Assembly: GCA_030390025.1 (NCBI GenBank)
Contig: CM059438.1
Coordinates: 88,288,001 to 88,352,000 of the forward strand
DNA: 64,000 bases
Reading direction: 5' to 3'
From: Squalus acanthias
Taxonomy: Eukaryota
This document shows, one piece after another, positions 1 through 11,300 of the stretch (position 1 is its first letter; the number at the start of each line of letters is the position of its first letter). The translations under genes were made by a program, and so were the position numbers. The notes below the pieces were generated by a model. That model was not told where the DNA came from, made no database searches, and was given only the letters and a program-made list of their open reading frames with translations.

Positions 1-146
1 TTGTAATTTTAAGCAATTAAAATAACTCCTCCGTAATTAGAAACACTGGCATGCACAAAGCAATGGAGGCACACACGCTTACACAGTAATCACTGGCACA
101 CATACAGCAATACCCAGTTCTCTCTCACACACACCCAAACACCAAC

Positions 147-305
147 CTGTGTTTTAATCTGCTCCACTTCCTGAGTCGAGAATTCAGTACGAAGGTACTG
201 GGGGATGTCCATCTCATCAACGATGTCTGATATCCGAGCTCTTAGGGAGTCACATTCCTGTACTGTGAGAAAATCTTCAATTGCAACAAAGCCATCTTTG
301 CTAAA
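147..305 (-). CDS. PHYHD1: PHYHD1 (phytanoyl-CoA dioxygenase domain-containing 1), second coding exon; gene continues past the left edge
   Basis: Translates [53 protein letters not shown] (53 codons), colinear with human [53 protein letters not shown]. Acceptor ttttgtcccatctccag (AG at 307-306), donor CAG|GTTGGT, phase 0 at both ends. Downstream of LRRC8A on the same strand, as in human. Confidence 0.93.
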
Positions 306-387
306 CTGGAGATGGGACAAAAGCAAGTTTTAACAGACAAATTAGATCAGAACTTGTTCATTAACGTCTTTACTCAAAGAAAATAAT

Positions 388-830
388 GGTCAGCTTGGCT
401 TAGTAGTAACCCTCTCACCCGAGTCAAAAGCTCATGGGTTCAAACCTCACTATAGGACTTCAGCACATAATCTTGCCTATAGCTCAGTGCACTGGGGGAG
501 TATTGCACTATCAGAGGGGTCATCTTTCAGATGAGACATTAAACTGAGGTTTCATCTGTGTGTTTGGGCAGATTTAAAAGATGCTGTGACATTATTCAAA
601 GAGCAGGGAAGTTCTCAATATTTATCCCTTAACAAATACTATTAAAACAGATTATCTGGGTTTTTTTTAAATCTCACTTGCTGTTTGTGGAACCTTGCAG
701 TGGCAAAGTTGGCTGCTGCATTTGCCTACATAGGCAGTGACTACACTTCAAAAGTAATTAATTGGCTGTGAAGTGCTTTGGGATGTCCTGAAGATGTGAA
801 AGTTGTTCTGTAAATGCAAGTTTTTCCATT
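388..830 (+). mobile_element. Degraded DeuSINE (SacSINE1/AmnSINE1-like) tRNA-derived SINE
   Basis: Colinear with the better-preserved copy at 21628-22073 (head ggttcaaac, core gatgagacattaaactgagg...aaacagattatctgg, tail taaatgcaagt). Confidence 0.75.
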
Positions 831-910
831 CTTTCTTTAATCTTCTAGGAAGTAGTACAGACAAAAAGAGTGACATTCAAAATGAGATTGCATGTTACTA
901 TATGGAGCAT

Positions 911-2146
911 TAATGCAGATTCAATGTGAGATAATGTGAATTCAATGTGAGATAATGCAGATTCAATGTGATATAATGTAGATTCAAAGTGATATAATGC
1001 AGATTCAATGTGATATAATGTAGATTCCATGTGATATAATGTGGATTCAATGTGATATAATACAGATTCAATGTGAGATAATGCAGATTCAATGTGATAT
1101 AATGTAGATTCAATGTGATATAATGTAGATTCCATGTGATATAATGTAGATTCAATGTGATATAATGTAGATTCAATGTGAGATAATGTGGATTAAATGT
1201 GATATAATGTAGATTCAATGTGATATAATGTGGATTCAATGTGAGATAATGTGGATTCAATGTGAGATAATGCAGATTCAATGTGAGATAATGCGGATTC
1301 AATGTGAGATAATGCGGATTCAATGTGAGATAATGCGGATTCAATGTGAGATAATGCAGATTCAATGTGAGATAATGCGGATTCAATGTGAGATAATGTG
1401 GATTCAATGTGAGATAATGTAGATTCAATGTGAGATAATGTGGATTCAATGTGAGATAATGTAGATTCAATGTGAGATATTGTAGATTCAATGTGAGATA
1501 ATGCAGATTCAATGTGATATAATGTAGATTCAATGTGAGATAATGCGGATTCAATGTGATATAATGTAGATTCAATGTGAGATAATGCGGATTCAATGTG
1601 ATATAATGCAGATTCAATGTGATACAATGCAGATTCAATGTGATATAATGCAAATTCAATGTGATATAATGCAGATTCCATGTGAGATAATGCAGATTCA
1701 ATGTGATATAATGCAGATTCAATGTGATATAATGCAGATTCCATGTGAGATAATGCAGATTCAATGTGATATAATGCAGATTCAATGTGATATAATGCAG
1801 ATTCAATGTGATATAATGTAGATTCAATGTGATATAATGCAGATTCAATGTGAGATAATGCAGATTCAATGTGAGATAATGTAGATTCACTGTGATATAA
1901 TGTGGTTTCAATGTGATATAATGTGGATTCACTGTGAGATAATGCGGATTCAATGTGAGATAATGTGGATTCCATGTGAGATAATGTAGATTCAATGTGA
2001 GATATTGTAGATTCAGTGTGAGATAATGCAGATTCAATGTGATATAATGTAGATTCAATGTGAGATAATGCAGATTCAATGTGATATAATGTAGATTCAA
2101 TGTGATATAATGTAGATTCAATGTGATATAATGTAGATTCACTGTG
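911..2146. repeat. 21-bp minisatellite (consensus about AATGYAGATTCAATGTGAKAT, about 59 copies) in the PHYHD1 intron
   Basis: Directly visible tandem array; explains the 7-aa repeat ORFs (HIESALS / LNLHYIT / IQCEIM). Confidence 0.97.
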
Positions 2147-2323
2147 TGGATTCCCGCTCCCCTCCCCACAATGTGAGTAGCCAATATTTACACATTACGT
2201 CCCGCGACGAAGAATCCAAACACATTTGCTGGTAACAATGTCACAAAGTGACGGTAACAAAATCTGCCGGGAGACGTTTCTAAAGTTGCCGAATCAAGTT
2301 TAGAGTGTGCGAATGTCACTCAC

Positions 2324-2350
2324 CGCCGTGCCGAGTTCATCGGTGACCAT
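2324..2350 (-). CDS. PHYHD1: PHYHD1 first coding exon (MVTDELGTA)
   Basis: AAC-ATG-G Kozak context at 2350, 9 codons, then a consensus donor GCG|GTGAGT in phase 0, joining in frame to exon 147-305. Lies in a CpG-rich stretch. Confidence 0.75.
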
Positions 2351-2511
2351 GTTATTTCAAAAAAAAATTGTTCGCCTCCTGCCGAGCACGGGGAAATGTC
2401 GGCGGAGAAGCGCCCAGTGCTCCGCCTTGACTGTCACAAGCAACCGTGATATCGACACTCCACCAGTTGCCTGGTTATCTGCGCCAGAGGCCGGTGAACG
2501 ACTGGATTAAT

Positions 2512-2644
2512 TTCTGATGAAAGGTCATCGACCTGAAACGTCAACTCTCTTTCTCTCTCTACGGATGCTGCCTGGCCTGCTGAGTTTTTCCAGCGTTTTC
2601 TGTTGTTATTTCGGATTTCCAGCATCTGCAGTATTTTGCTATCG
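2512..2644 (+). mobile_element. Young short Penelope-like retroelement end with target-site duplication
   Basis: One mismatch against the copy at about 57644-57776; flanked by GATTAAT at 2505-2511 and 2645-2651. Family name from recall of shark tctgatgaaaggtca...ccagcatctgcag tails. Confidence 0.7.
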
Positions 2645-2815
2645 GATTAATGGATTAGCGGCATTAGCCGGAGAGGTCAAAGGCGTGTGTGTAAAAATAA
2701 ATATTTCAGGATTGCAGCGATTCCCGAAACAAATAACAAATATTTGAACTGGGGCCAGATTGACCATCTGACCCGAAAACAAGGGTAGAGTTAACGGAAA
2801 GTTTCGAACTGTTTA

Positions 2816-3187
2816 AGAAAGAAAGACTTGCATTTATATAGCGCCTTTCACAACCACCGGCTGTCCCAAAGCGCTTTACAGCCAATTAAGTACTTTTTGA
2901 AGTGTAGTCACTGTTGTAATGTAGGAGACACTGCAGCAAATTTGCACACAGCAAGCTCCCACAAACAGCAATGTGATAATGACCAGATTTTTTTTTTAAC
3001 TGAGTATGGAGGGATAAATATTGGCCAGGACACTGGGTATAACTCCCCTGCTCTTCTTCGAATTAGTGCCATGGGATCTTTTACGTCCACCTGAGAGGGC
3101 AGACGGGACCTCGGTTTAACGTCTCATCCGAAAGACGGCACCTCCGACAGTGCAGCACTCCCTCAGCACTGCACTGGAGTGTCAGCC
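2816..3187 (-). mobile_element. DeuSINE (SacSINE1-like), 5'-truncated
   Basis: Reverse complement of the core and tail of the 21628-22073 element (gaaagacttgcatttatatagcgcctttcac...cactgcactggagtgtcagcc). Confidence 0.85.
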
Positions 3188-3505
3188 TTGATTGGCCACT
3201 GAATGAGGCTAAGACTTTACAAATACCAGAAAATGGGCCTCTCTGTGAAACGTTAATCTGTTACACAGATGCTGCCAGGCCTGCTGTGTACTTCTTACAA
3301 TGCCCTATCTGTATGAATCTAGGTTTCTGTGAGTGCATTCATATGCAAGCTTCAGTGTCCAAGTGTAATGCTTTCCACTGCTGTGTAAACAGAGACTGGG
3401 ACCATTGATCTCAGAGCACACCACACTGGGAACTGTCAAAGCGAAAACCCCAGGAGCTGGGGCTATCCGTAGATCCCAGACCACAATTTAAATACAGTCT
3501 TCGAG

Positions 3506-6215
3506 GAACATAGGAACAGGAGTAGGCCATTTAGCCCTCGAGCCTGTTCCACAATTCAATGAGATCATGGGTGATCTGTGACCTAACTCCATATACCCGC
3601 CTTTGGCCCATATCCCTTAATACCTTTCGTTAACAAAAATCTATCAATCTCAGATTTAAAATTAACAATTGACCTAGCATCAACTGCCGTTTGCGGAGGA
3701 GAGTTACAAACTTCTACCACCCTTTGTGTGTAGAAGTGTTTCCTAACTTCACTCCTGAAAGGTCTGGCTCTAATTTTTAGACTCTGCCCCCTAGTCATAG
3801 ACTCTCCAACCAGTGGAAATAGTTTCTCTCTATCTACCCTATCAGTTCCCCTTAATATCTTAAAAACTTCGATCAAATTATCCCTTAACCTTCTAAATTC
3901 CAGGGAATACAACCCTAGTTTGTGTAATTGCTCCTCGTAATTTAACCCCTGGAGTCCGGGTATCATTCTGGTAAATCTACGCTACACTCCCGCCAAGGCC
4001 AATATATCCTTCCTAAGGTGTGGAGCCCAGAACTGCTCACAGTACTCCAAGTGTGATCTAACCAAGACTTTGTATAGCTGCAGCATAACTTCTACCCCCT
4101 TTTATTCTAGTCCTCTAGATATAAAGGCCAGCATTCCATTAGCCTTTTTGATTATTTTCTGTACCTGTCCATGACATTTCAATGATTATGTACCTGGATC
4201 CTTAAGTCTCTTTGGACCTCCACTGTTTCTAGCTTTTCACCATTTAGAAAGTACTTTGATCTATCCTTTTTAGGTCCACAGTGGATGACCTCACTCTTGC
4301 CTATATTGAAATCCATTTGCCACAGTTTTGCCCATTTACTTTATTAATATCTCTTTATAATATTATACTTCCCTCTACACTGCTTACAATGTCGCCTATC
4401 TTTGTGTCATCGGCAAACTTGGATATGTGGCTCTCTATCCCATCATCTAAGCCGTTAGTAAATACGGTGAATAGTTGAGGCCCCAACACAGCTCCTTGCA
4501 GGACACTGCTAGTCACATCCTGTCAGTTAGAGTGCCTCCCATTATTCCTACTCTCTGTCTCCTGCCATTCAGCCAATTTCATGACCAAGCCAATAATTTG
4601 CCTTCAATTCCATGAGCTTCAGCTTTAGCTAACAGTCTCTTTATGCGAGACTTTATCAAATGCCTTCTGGAAGTCCAAATAAATAACATCCATAGACATT
4701 CCCCTGTCCACTATTTTAGTCACCTCTTTAAAAAAATTCAGTCAGGTTCGTCAGGCATGACCTACCCTTTACAAATCCATGCTGGGTCTTTGATCAGCTG
4801 AAAATTTTCAAGGTGTTCAGTCACTCTATCCTTAATTATAGACTCTAGTAATTTCCTAGCAACAGATGTTAGGCTAACTGGTTTCCTTCTCTCACCTTTC
4901 TGAAATAGCGGAGTGACATGTGTAATTTTCCAATCTAAAGGAACAGTTCCTGAATCGAGAGAACTTTGGAAGATTATAGTTAGGGCATTTGCAATGTTCT
5001 CACCTATTTCCTTTAAAACCCTGGGATGGAAACCATCTGGTCCTGGGGATTTGTCACTCGTTAGTGCCATTATTTTCTTCATTACTGTTATTTTGCTTAC
5101 GTTAATATTATATTGAGTCCCTGTCCCTGATTCAATATTAGTTTCCATGGGATGTCCGGCATGCTATCCTCTTCCTCTACTGTAAATACTGATGTAAAGT
5201 AATTATTCAACATGTCCGCCATTTCCTTATTTTCATTGACAGTATCACCGTTATCAGTTTTCAAGGGGTCCACATTGCTCCTGGCCACCCTCTTTTTCCT
5301 AATATAATTGTAAAAATTCTTTGTGTTGATTTTGATATCCGTTGCAAGTTTCTTTTCATACTCCCGTTTTGTAGCTCATACTGTCTGTTTTGTCTCCTTT
5401 TGTTGTTCTTTGTATCTCTCCCAGTCGCCAGGATCTGTTCTAGTTTTTGCATTTTTGTATGCTTTTTCTTTTAGTTTTATGTTGTCCCTTACCACTTTTG
5501 TCGTCCATGGCTGTATTTTTTTGGAAAGTAGAGCTCCTGCCCCTTAGGGGTATAAACTGGTTCTGTGTCACGTTAAATTATTTTTTGAACAGCTCCCACT
5601 GATCTGTCAATTTATTCAATAACAGATTTTCCCAGTTTACTGTGGACAGTCTCTGTCTCATCCCAGTGAAAATCAGCCTTACCTAAATCTATAATCTTAG
5701 TAGCTGTTTTGTGTTTTTTGCTTTCAAACACAATGTTGAATTCAATCATATTATGATCGCTATTAGATAAATATTCATGTACTGTTAGGCTGTTAACTAA
5801 ATCTGGCTCATTACTCATTATTAAATTTAATATAGCCTGCCTCCTTGTTGGTTCGAGGACATATTGTTGCAGGAAACTACCCTGAACACACTCAAGAAAT
5901 TTGCTACCTTTCAGACACAAGCTAGTCTGCTTATCCCAATCTATATGAAAGTTGAAATCCCCCATGAAAGCCACTCTGCCTTTACTATATGCTTGTCTAA
6001 TCTCTGCATTTATACATTCTGCCACGACACAGCTGTTACCAGGGAGCCTATACACAACTCCCACTAGTCTTAAATTCTTTTATATTTCTTAATTCTACCC
6101 ATAAAGTCTCCACTGCCTGCTTATCTCTCATTATATCCTCTTTTATCATTGAAGTAATTTCATCCTTAATCACGAAGCCCCCTCTAACAGTTTCCCTATC
6201 CTTCCTGTCGACCTG
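3506..6215 (-). mobile_element. CR1-clade LINE, 5'-truncated, disrupted ORF2 (APE endonuclease + reverse transcriptase)
   Basis: Fragments MGDFNF..IDW, SDHNMIEF, KSPGPDGFHPRVLKE, PVSLTSV, LEFRRLR..LIEVFKIL, FYTQRVV; frameshifts; 3' tail gcctactcctgttcctatgttc. Confidence 0.93.
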
Positions 6216-6904
6216 CAATTCAGATTCGAAACTGAAGAGTAAAGCAACAAGCAAGGCAGGTAAAAATAGAAACTTAAGCAGAACTCTTAACAATTTGTTA
6301 TTCCTTCTGGGAATAAAATGGGAAATCTTTTTAGTTCCTATAAATGTAACCATCATGTGTGCAGTTGTGAAGTCATTATACACATCCCACGACACAGTGA
6401 TGTCAATAGTCTCCACAGTGATTTAAACTCAGAAAGTAAGATTGGGTTTTAGAGGAGCTTCTCCAAATATGGAATCACTCTCGGTTCACTTGTTGCAGTA
6501 TGAATCCACCCTGTGATCCATTGGTTTTACCTTCTCTGTGATGATTAGTTTTCCTTGTAAATAAAGTTAGGCACTTTCTGTGTTGACCTATGTGCAATCA
6601 ATCTGTGTGTGGATCAATGAAAACTGAAACGTGAAAACACTTGCAACACTTCTCCCCTTCTTTAAATATTCATTTAGGGCTAGATCTTAAACTAGTTTGA
6701 TGTCAGGCTATCAGTAGGAAATTAGAGCAGATCAGCAAACTGTGCGACTTGATTGTTGGTTTATGCTGACCTCAGGCTGGCAGTACGTTGTACAGTTGAC
6801 CACAGTGCCGCTGTGCTAGAGAGGGGAAAGTCAACCAGACTTCCCACATCGGATTGGTTATCTAGTGACATGTTGGAAAGTGCATACATGAAGACAAAGG
6901 GTGG

Positions 6905-7800
6905 GGACAGAATTGGAGCTGGCTGCTTCATCAATGATCTTCCTTCTGTCACAAGGTCAGGAGTGGATGTTTGCTGACAATTCCACAGTTTTCAGCTCCA
7001 TTCATAACTCCTCCAATAATGAAATAGCCCATGCCAGCCTACAGCAGGAGCTGGATAGCAGCCAGGCTTGGGCTGACAAGTGGTAGGTAATATTTGTGCC
7101 ACAAAAGGGCCAGTATAAATTGCAAATAAAAGAAAGCCCAACCATCTCCCCCTGAGCATCACTGGCACCAACATCGCTGAGTCCCCCATATCTTAGGGGT
7201 CACCATTGGCCAGAGACTTAACTAGAGGTGCCATATTAATCCCATGGCTACAAGAGCAGGAAGTACTCTGTAAAAAGTAGCACATCTCCTGACCCCTCAA
7301 AGCCTCTCCACCATCTACGCGCTCAAGTTAGGAGTGTAATAGAATACACACCACTCGCCTTGTGTTCAGCCTCAGTAACACTGAAAAAGCTCAAAATCAT
7401 CTAGAACTGCAGTTCATTTGATCAGCATCTCAGAATCCAACCCCTCCATCATCAGGGGACCATGGGTACAGTATGTATGATCTACAAGATGCACTGCAGT
7501 AACTCATTAAACTGGCTTCAACAGCACCTCCCAGCTCTATGACCTTGATTAGCTAGAAGGACAAGAGCAGCAATGTTGTAGGAACACCGACTCCCAAGTT
7601 CCCCTCAGAGTCACACACCATCCTGATTTTAACACATACAATTGTTCTTTCATCGTTGCTGGGGCAATAGTCTGAAATTTTCTCAATGACACCAAGGACT
7701 ACAGTGGTTGAAGGCGATGGCCCACCACCACCTTCTGAGGACAACTAGGGATTGGCAATAAATTTGGCCTTCTCGGAGTTGATCATATCCCTTCCCAAGA
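6905..7800 (+). mobile_element. Old degraded CR1-like LINE 3' portion
   Basis: FINDLPS / MFADNST / QAWADKW remnants; 3' tail (gggattggcaataaat) homologous to 13450-13630. Confidence 0.7.
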
Positions 7801-7897
7801 ACAAATTTTAAAATAAAATTCTGGAGTGGGGCTTGCGACAAGGGATAGCCCTTAAAATGTAATAATACTAGGCAGTATGAAAGGTTTATGTCATTGT

Positions 7898-7903
7898 TTT
7901 ATT
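7898..7903 (-). terminator. Candidate polyadenylation signal (AATAAA) of LRRC8D-like gene 2
   Basis: First AATAAA on the minus strand, about 140 nt after the stop at 8045. Confidence 0.4.
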
Positions 7904-8044
7904 CAAAATCTGATAGCCATAAATGTAATATGTTAGGTGGATTTAGTTGAAATCAATTGCCTTTTTTTTCTTACATCAAACATCTTTTTTCACGAGGTAG
8001 CAACTTCTTTGGAACTAAACTATTGATGTCTGATGGTTCTCATT

Positions 8045-10462
8045 CTAACTGCCACCCATCTTTTCTCTTATTTCTAAAGGAAGTGACTCAAAAACATATT
8101 GTTCTATCGTAAGTCCACTGAGTTTCAGCATAGTGCATTGTCCTATTTCCACTGGGAGTTTTTCCAAGTTGTTTCCTTGGAGTTCCAACTGAGATAGTTG
8201 GCTGAGCTTTGAGATCTTCCCGCTGAGGGATGAGATTAAGTTATTGCTTAGCTTCAGAGTCATGAGCTTGTTACATTTGAAAAGCTGATCTGGTAGACTT
8301 TCTATTTTATTGTAACCCAAATCCAAAAAATAGAGGTTTTTGAGGTTCCCGATATCAGTTGGAATTATAGAAATGTTGTTGTTGTGTGCATCGAAGTAAT
8401 GCAGTTTCTCAATGTTGAAAAGGACTTTTGGTAACATCTCGATCTGGTTGTTTGATAAGTAAAGATACTCCAGCTTTTTGATTAAATTAATAGTTGGAGG
8501 GATGGATTTGATCATGTTGAACCAGAACTTCAAACAGGATAACCTTTCCAGATATTGCAAGTTGGCAATTTCTTCAATTCTGGTCAGATTGTTACCTTTA
8601 AGGTCCAAGACTTGAAGTTTGGATAAGGTATAAATGGCATTTGGGATTTTATCCAACTCACAGTTGTGCAGTTCAATTTGGGTCAGATTTACCATTTTCT
8701 TTAAGATACTTAGGCTCAAGAGCTTAGTCTTATCATTGTGAATACAAAGCTTGAGCAGGTGGAATGCAACGTCGATGATGGTGGAGGGTATTTTGGAGAG
8801 ACTCGATTTTAGGTAAAGGACTTTCAGAGAGCGAAGTCCCTTCAAGGATTCCAGTTCCACAGCTTTTTTTTCAATAGCTAGCTTTCCAGTGAGGTACAGC
8901 TCTTTCAGCTGGATCAGTTTGTAGATCCATTCAGGGATTTCATCCCGACTCACATATTTAACTCCCACTTTTTTCAGTTGGTTTCTCAGCCACATCAAAG
9001 CTGATGGTGTAACTTCAGTTACACAATGTGAGAGCCAGATTTCTTCCAAATGGTCAAGTTGGGTTATTTTATTGGATATTTTAACATTACTACAAAGCTC
9101 GAGCCTTAAGACTTGTAGCTCAGTAACATCATAGACAGACTCAGGAATTCCTTGCAGCATGAAAAGGTACAACTCAAACTGGTCCTTCTTAGTTTTTGTT
9201 AGATGTTCCTTCACCTTCTCCATAGTCCAATCGTTATTCAAACTTAACAATTTTAGCTTTTTCTCACTCACCTCTGAGAGGAAGACTGCGAGACGTTTGC
9301 AATACAGAGTGTCATACTGATCGATCAAATGCAACAAGAAGGCAAAGTCATTTGTTACGTCAGGGATATCACTGAATTGGTTTTCTCCCCGTTTCTCAAA
9401 AGAGTATTGCTTCAGAGGTTTTCTGAAAACCCAAAATATTGTGTGGATACAAAGTAGCCAATAGATAACCACTAAACCCAGATACAGCAGGGCCATTTTC
9501 CCAATGAAACGAGCAGTGGTATAAGTACAATTGAAACTCTTGTAAAAAACCAATGATATCGCATTAGGTTCACATAAATTATAAAAGCTGACAACATAAA
9601 TATAGGCTGGAAAGTAACCAATAATAATTAAGCAATGTATAGTTTTGAACAATGTTTGCCCAGCATAAAATTTATAGATTGTATCTTCCTCTTCAACATG
9701 GAGTCTGAATTTCCTTACTTTCTCAAACAAAGCTTTGGCTTGCTCTGCGTCCTTCTTGTCCAGGGATGAGCCAGATCCTGGTGTGCTTGAGTAAATACGT
9801 GTAGGAACTTTAACGGTTGATGCGTCAGCTTTAATACTGATCCCATCGTCGTCACTTACAGTGGACCTGCGTGGTGCTAGGGCTTCTTCCAGTTCACTGG
9901 CATCTACACAGACTGCTGTAGATAGGGCTTTGGATGTCCATGGTGACTGAAAACAGTTATGAAGGATGTCAAGAAATTGTTGCATTTTGGAGCTTGTTTT
10001 AGGATATGTGAAACAGAAGTTACTGCAGATAATCAGAACAACTGTATGGAATAAAATTAGGTAAGAGAAGAACCTGGTAAACCAGGGAATTTGACTATAA
10101 CACATTTGATTGACATAATAGTACTGCCAATTGTATAACTTTGTAACCCTCCCTTGGCTGATACGAGGAAACGGATCTGGATTCATTTGTACTTGTGGAT
10201 TGGCACTGACATCAGATATTCTTGGAGTATTTTGCAGGGTTGAACTTATCTCATTATGTGCTGTTCCTTTGGTTTCACCAGCTTTATTGAGATATGGCAA
10301 ACAGAAAGTCTCATCCATGTAAAGCTGTATGCTGCAGCCAAAGATAGCTAACAACAACATAATAATACTCAGATAATCCATGAAAGTGTCCCACCAAGGT
10401 TTGAAGATCCGGAAGGCAGGTTGCTTGTCTTCCAAAGTTGAAACGTCACTGACCGAAAACAT
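8045..10462 (-). CDS. LRRC8 family VRAC subunit, divergent LRRC8D-like paralogue 2 (805 aa, single coding exon)
   Basis: Intact ORF with pannexin-like 4-TM domain (RIFKPWWDTFMDYL, NQMCY, LDKKDAEQAKALFEKVRKFR, FSDIPDVTNDFAFLLHLIDQYD) followed by the LRR array. Start MFSVSD aligns without gaps to LRRC8A M1 and sits 2 nt after acceptor tttccatttatttcag|GT ATG. Confidence 0.93.
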   Translation of the reverse strand: MFSVSDVSTLEDKQPAFRIFKPWWDTFMDYLSIIMLLLAIFGCSIQLYMDETFCLPYLNKAGETKGTAHNEISSTLQNTPRISDVSANPQVQMNPDPFPRISQGRVTKLYNWQYYYVNQMCYSQIPWFTRFFSYLILFHTVVLIICSNFCFTYPKTSSKMQQFLDILHNCFQSPWTSKALSTAVCVDASELEEALAPRRSTVSDDDGISIKADASTVKVPTRIYSSTPGSGSSLDKKDAEQAKALFEKVRKFRLHVEEEDTIYKFYAGQTLFKTIHCLIIIGYFPAYIYVVSFYNLCEPNAISLVFYKSFNCTYTTARFIGKMALLYLGLVVIYWLLCIHTIFWVFRKPLKQYSFEKRGENQFSDIPDVTNDFAFLLHLIDQYDTLYCKRLAVFLSEVSEKKLKLLSLNNDWTMEKVKEHLTKTKKDQFELYLFMLQGIPESVYDVTELQVLRLELCSNVKISNKITQLDHLEEIWLSHCVTEVTPSALMWLRNQLKKVGVKYVSRDEIPEWIYKLIQLKELYLTGKLAIEKKAVELESLKGLRSLKVLYLKSSLSKIPSTIIDVAFHLLKLCIHNDKTKLLSLSILKKMVNLTQIELHNCELDKIPNAIYTLSKLQVLDLKGNNLTRIEEIANLQYLERLSCLKFWFNMIKSIPPTINLIKKLEYLYLSNNQIEMLPKVLFNIEKLHYFDAHNNNISIIPTDIGNLKNLYFLDLGYNKIESLPDQLFKCNKLMTLKLSNNLISSLSGKISKLSQLSQLELQGNNLEKLPVEIGQCTMLKLSGLTIEQYVFESLPLEIREKMGGS

Positions 10463-10689
10463 ACCTGAAATAAATGGAAAAATTTGAAGTGATATTTGAA
10501 ACATACATTTTGTAGACAGTTGAGATGTTCATTCTTTACATTATACCTTTGGGTTTGGGTAATTCCAGGCACGTGCATGCCATATAGGGGTACCCACTTA
10601 ATGCTGCAGCGTAGAAGAGGGACTGAGGGCATAGTTGACAAAACACTGAAGCTAGGACAGTTCAATATAAAACTAGAAACATTATACAG

Positions 10690-11300
10690 TACTTACCTTA
10701 TATAAAACCTTAGCATGGCCTGATTTAGAATACTGTCCAGTTTTGACCTCCCCACCTCTCCCGCCACCCCCCAACCCCCCATATGTAGCAGGAGATAGCA
10801 AGGCCCTGGAGAAGGTCTGGATCACAGCAACAAGAATGAAAACTAGTCTTAGCTATCAGGATAGGGTCAAGGAACTAGAAGTTCACCTGATGCGGTAGCG
10901 CAAAACAGGCTGTATCGCATGGGCCTCCTGTTCAATTCTACTAACGTCAATGGGACTGAATTTCAAGCGTGGCGTATAACAGGTGGCCAATGCGATATGG
11001 CCCCTTCAGCGCTACCGCCCACGACGGATTTCAACCCCTAGGGTTTTGTTCATGGGAGAAGCGTAGACTTCGATGTGATATCGTTTTGGTTATTAAAATG
11101 ATAGATTCCGTTTGAGTGGATAGGTCATTTGACTTAGACAGGGATGGTAAAACTAGGAGCCATCAGTATAAGATACGAAACATGCAATCATGTTAGATGC
11201 CGTGAAGTATTAATTTTCACAGAGAGTTATTGACCTCTGGAATAGATTACCAAAGCATGTGGTAAGAACGGATTCACTGCAGTCCTTCAAAGGGGAGCTG
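10690..11300 (+). mobile_element. Degraded CR1 3' fragment interrupted by a small palindromic MITE-like insert (about 10878-11039)
   Basis: tataaaaccttagcatggcc...gaatactgtccagttttg, ggccctggagaagg and cacagagagttattgacctctggaat match the CR1 3' end seen at 56940-57370. The insert resembles 43215-43392 and 32610-32690. Confidence 0.6.

Larger units (their letters stand above)
2150..2810 (-). promoter_or_regulatory. CpG-rich putative promoter/first-exon region of PHYHD1
   Basis: Locally elevated CpG density (cccgcgacga, ccgccgtgccg, gtcggcgg, gcgccagaggccgg) around the predicted start exon compared with AT-rich flanks. Confidence 0.55.

Noticed and set aside
911-2146. CRISPR-like appearance of the repeat arrays (also 52038-52232)
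   Set aside because: Head-to-tail repeats with no unique spacers and no cas genes, in vertebrate DNA.
845-2184. Long repetitive ORFs (424 aa LNLHYIT; 260 aa HIESALS)
   Set aside because: Products of a 21-bp minisatellite whose unit is a multiple of 3, inside a PHYHD1 intron; no evidence of coding constraint or splice use.
6618-6640. IRF-like repeats GAAAACTGAAACGTGAAAAC
   Set aside because: Spacing is not a clean ISRE, it is not near a predicted start site, and such motifs are common in AT-rich DNA.
10463-10504. 14-aa N-terminal extension of paralogue 2
   Set aside because: It is the translated polypyrimidine tract and acceptor.
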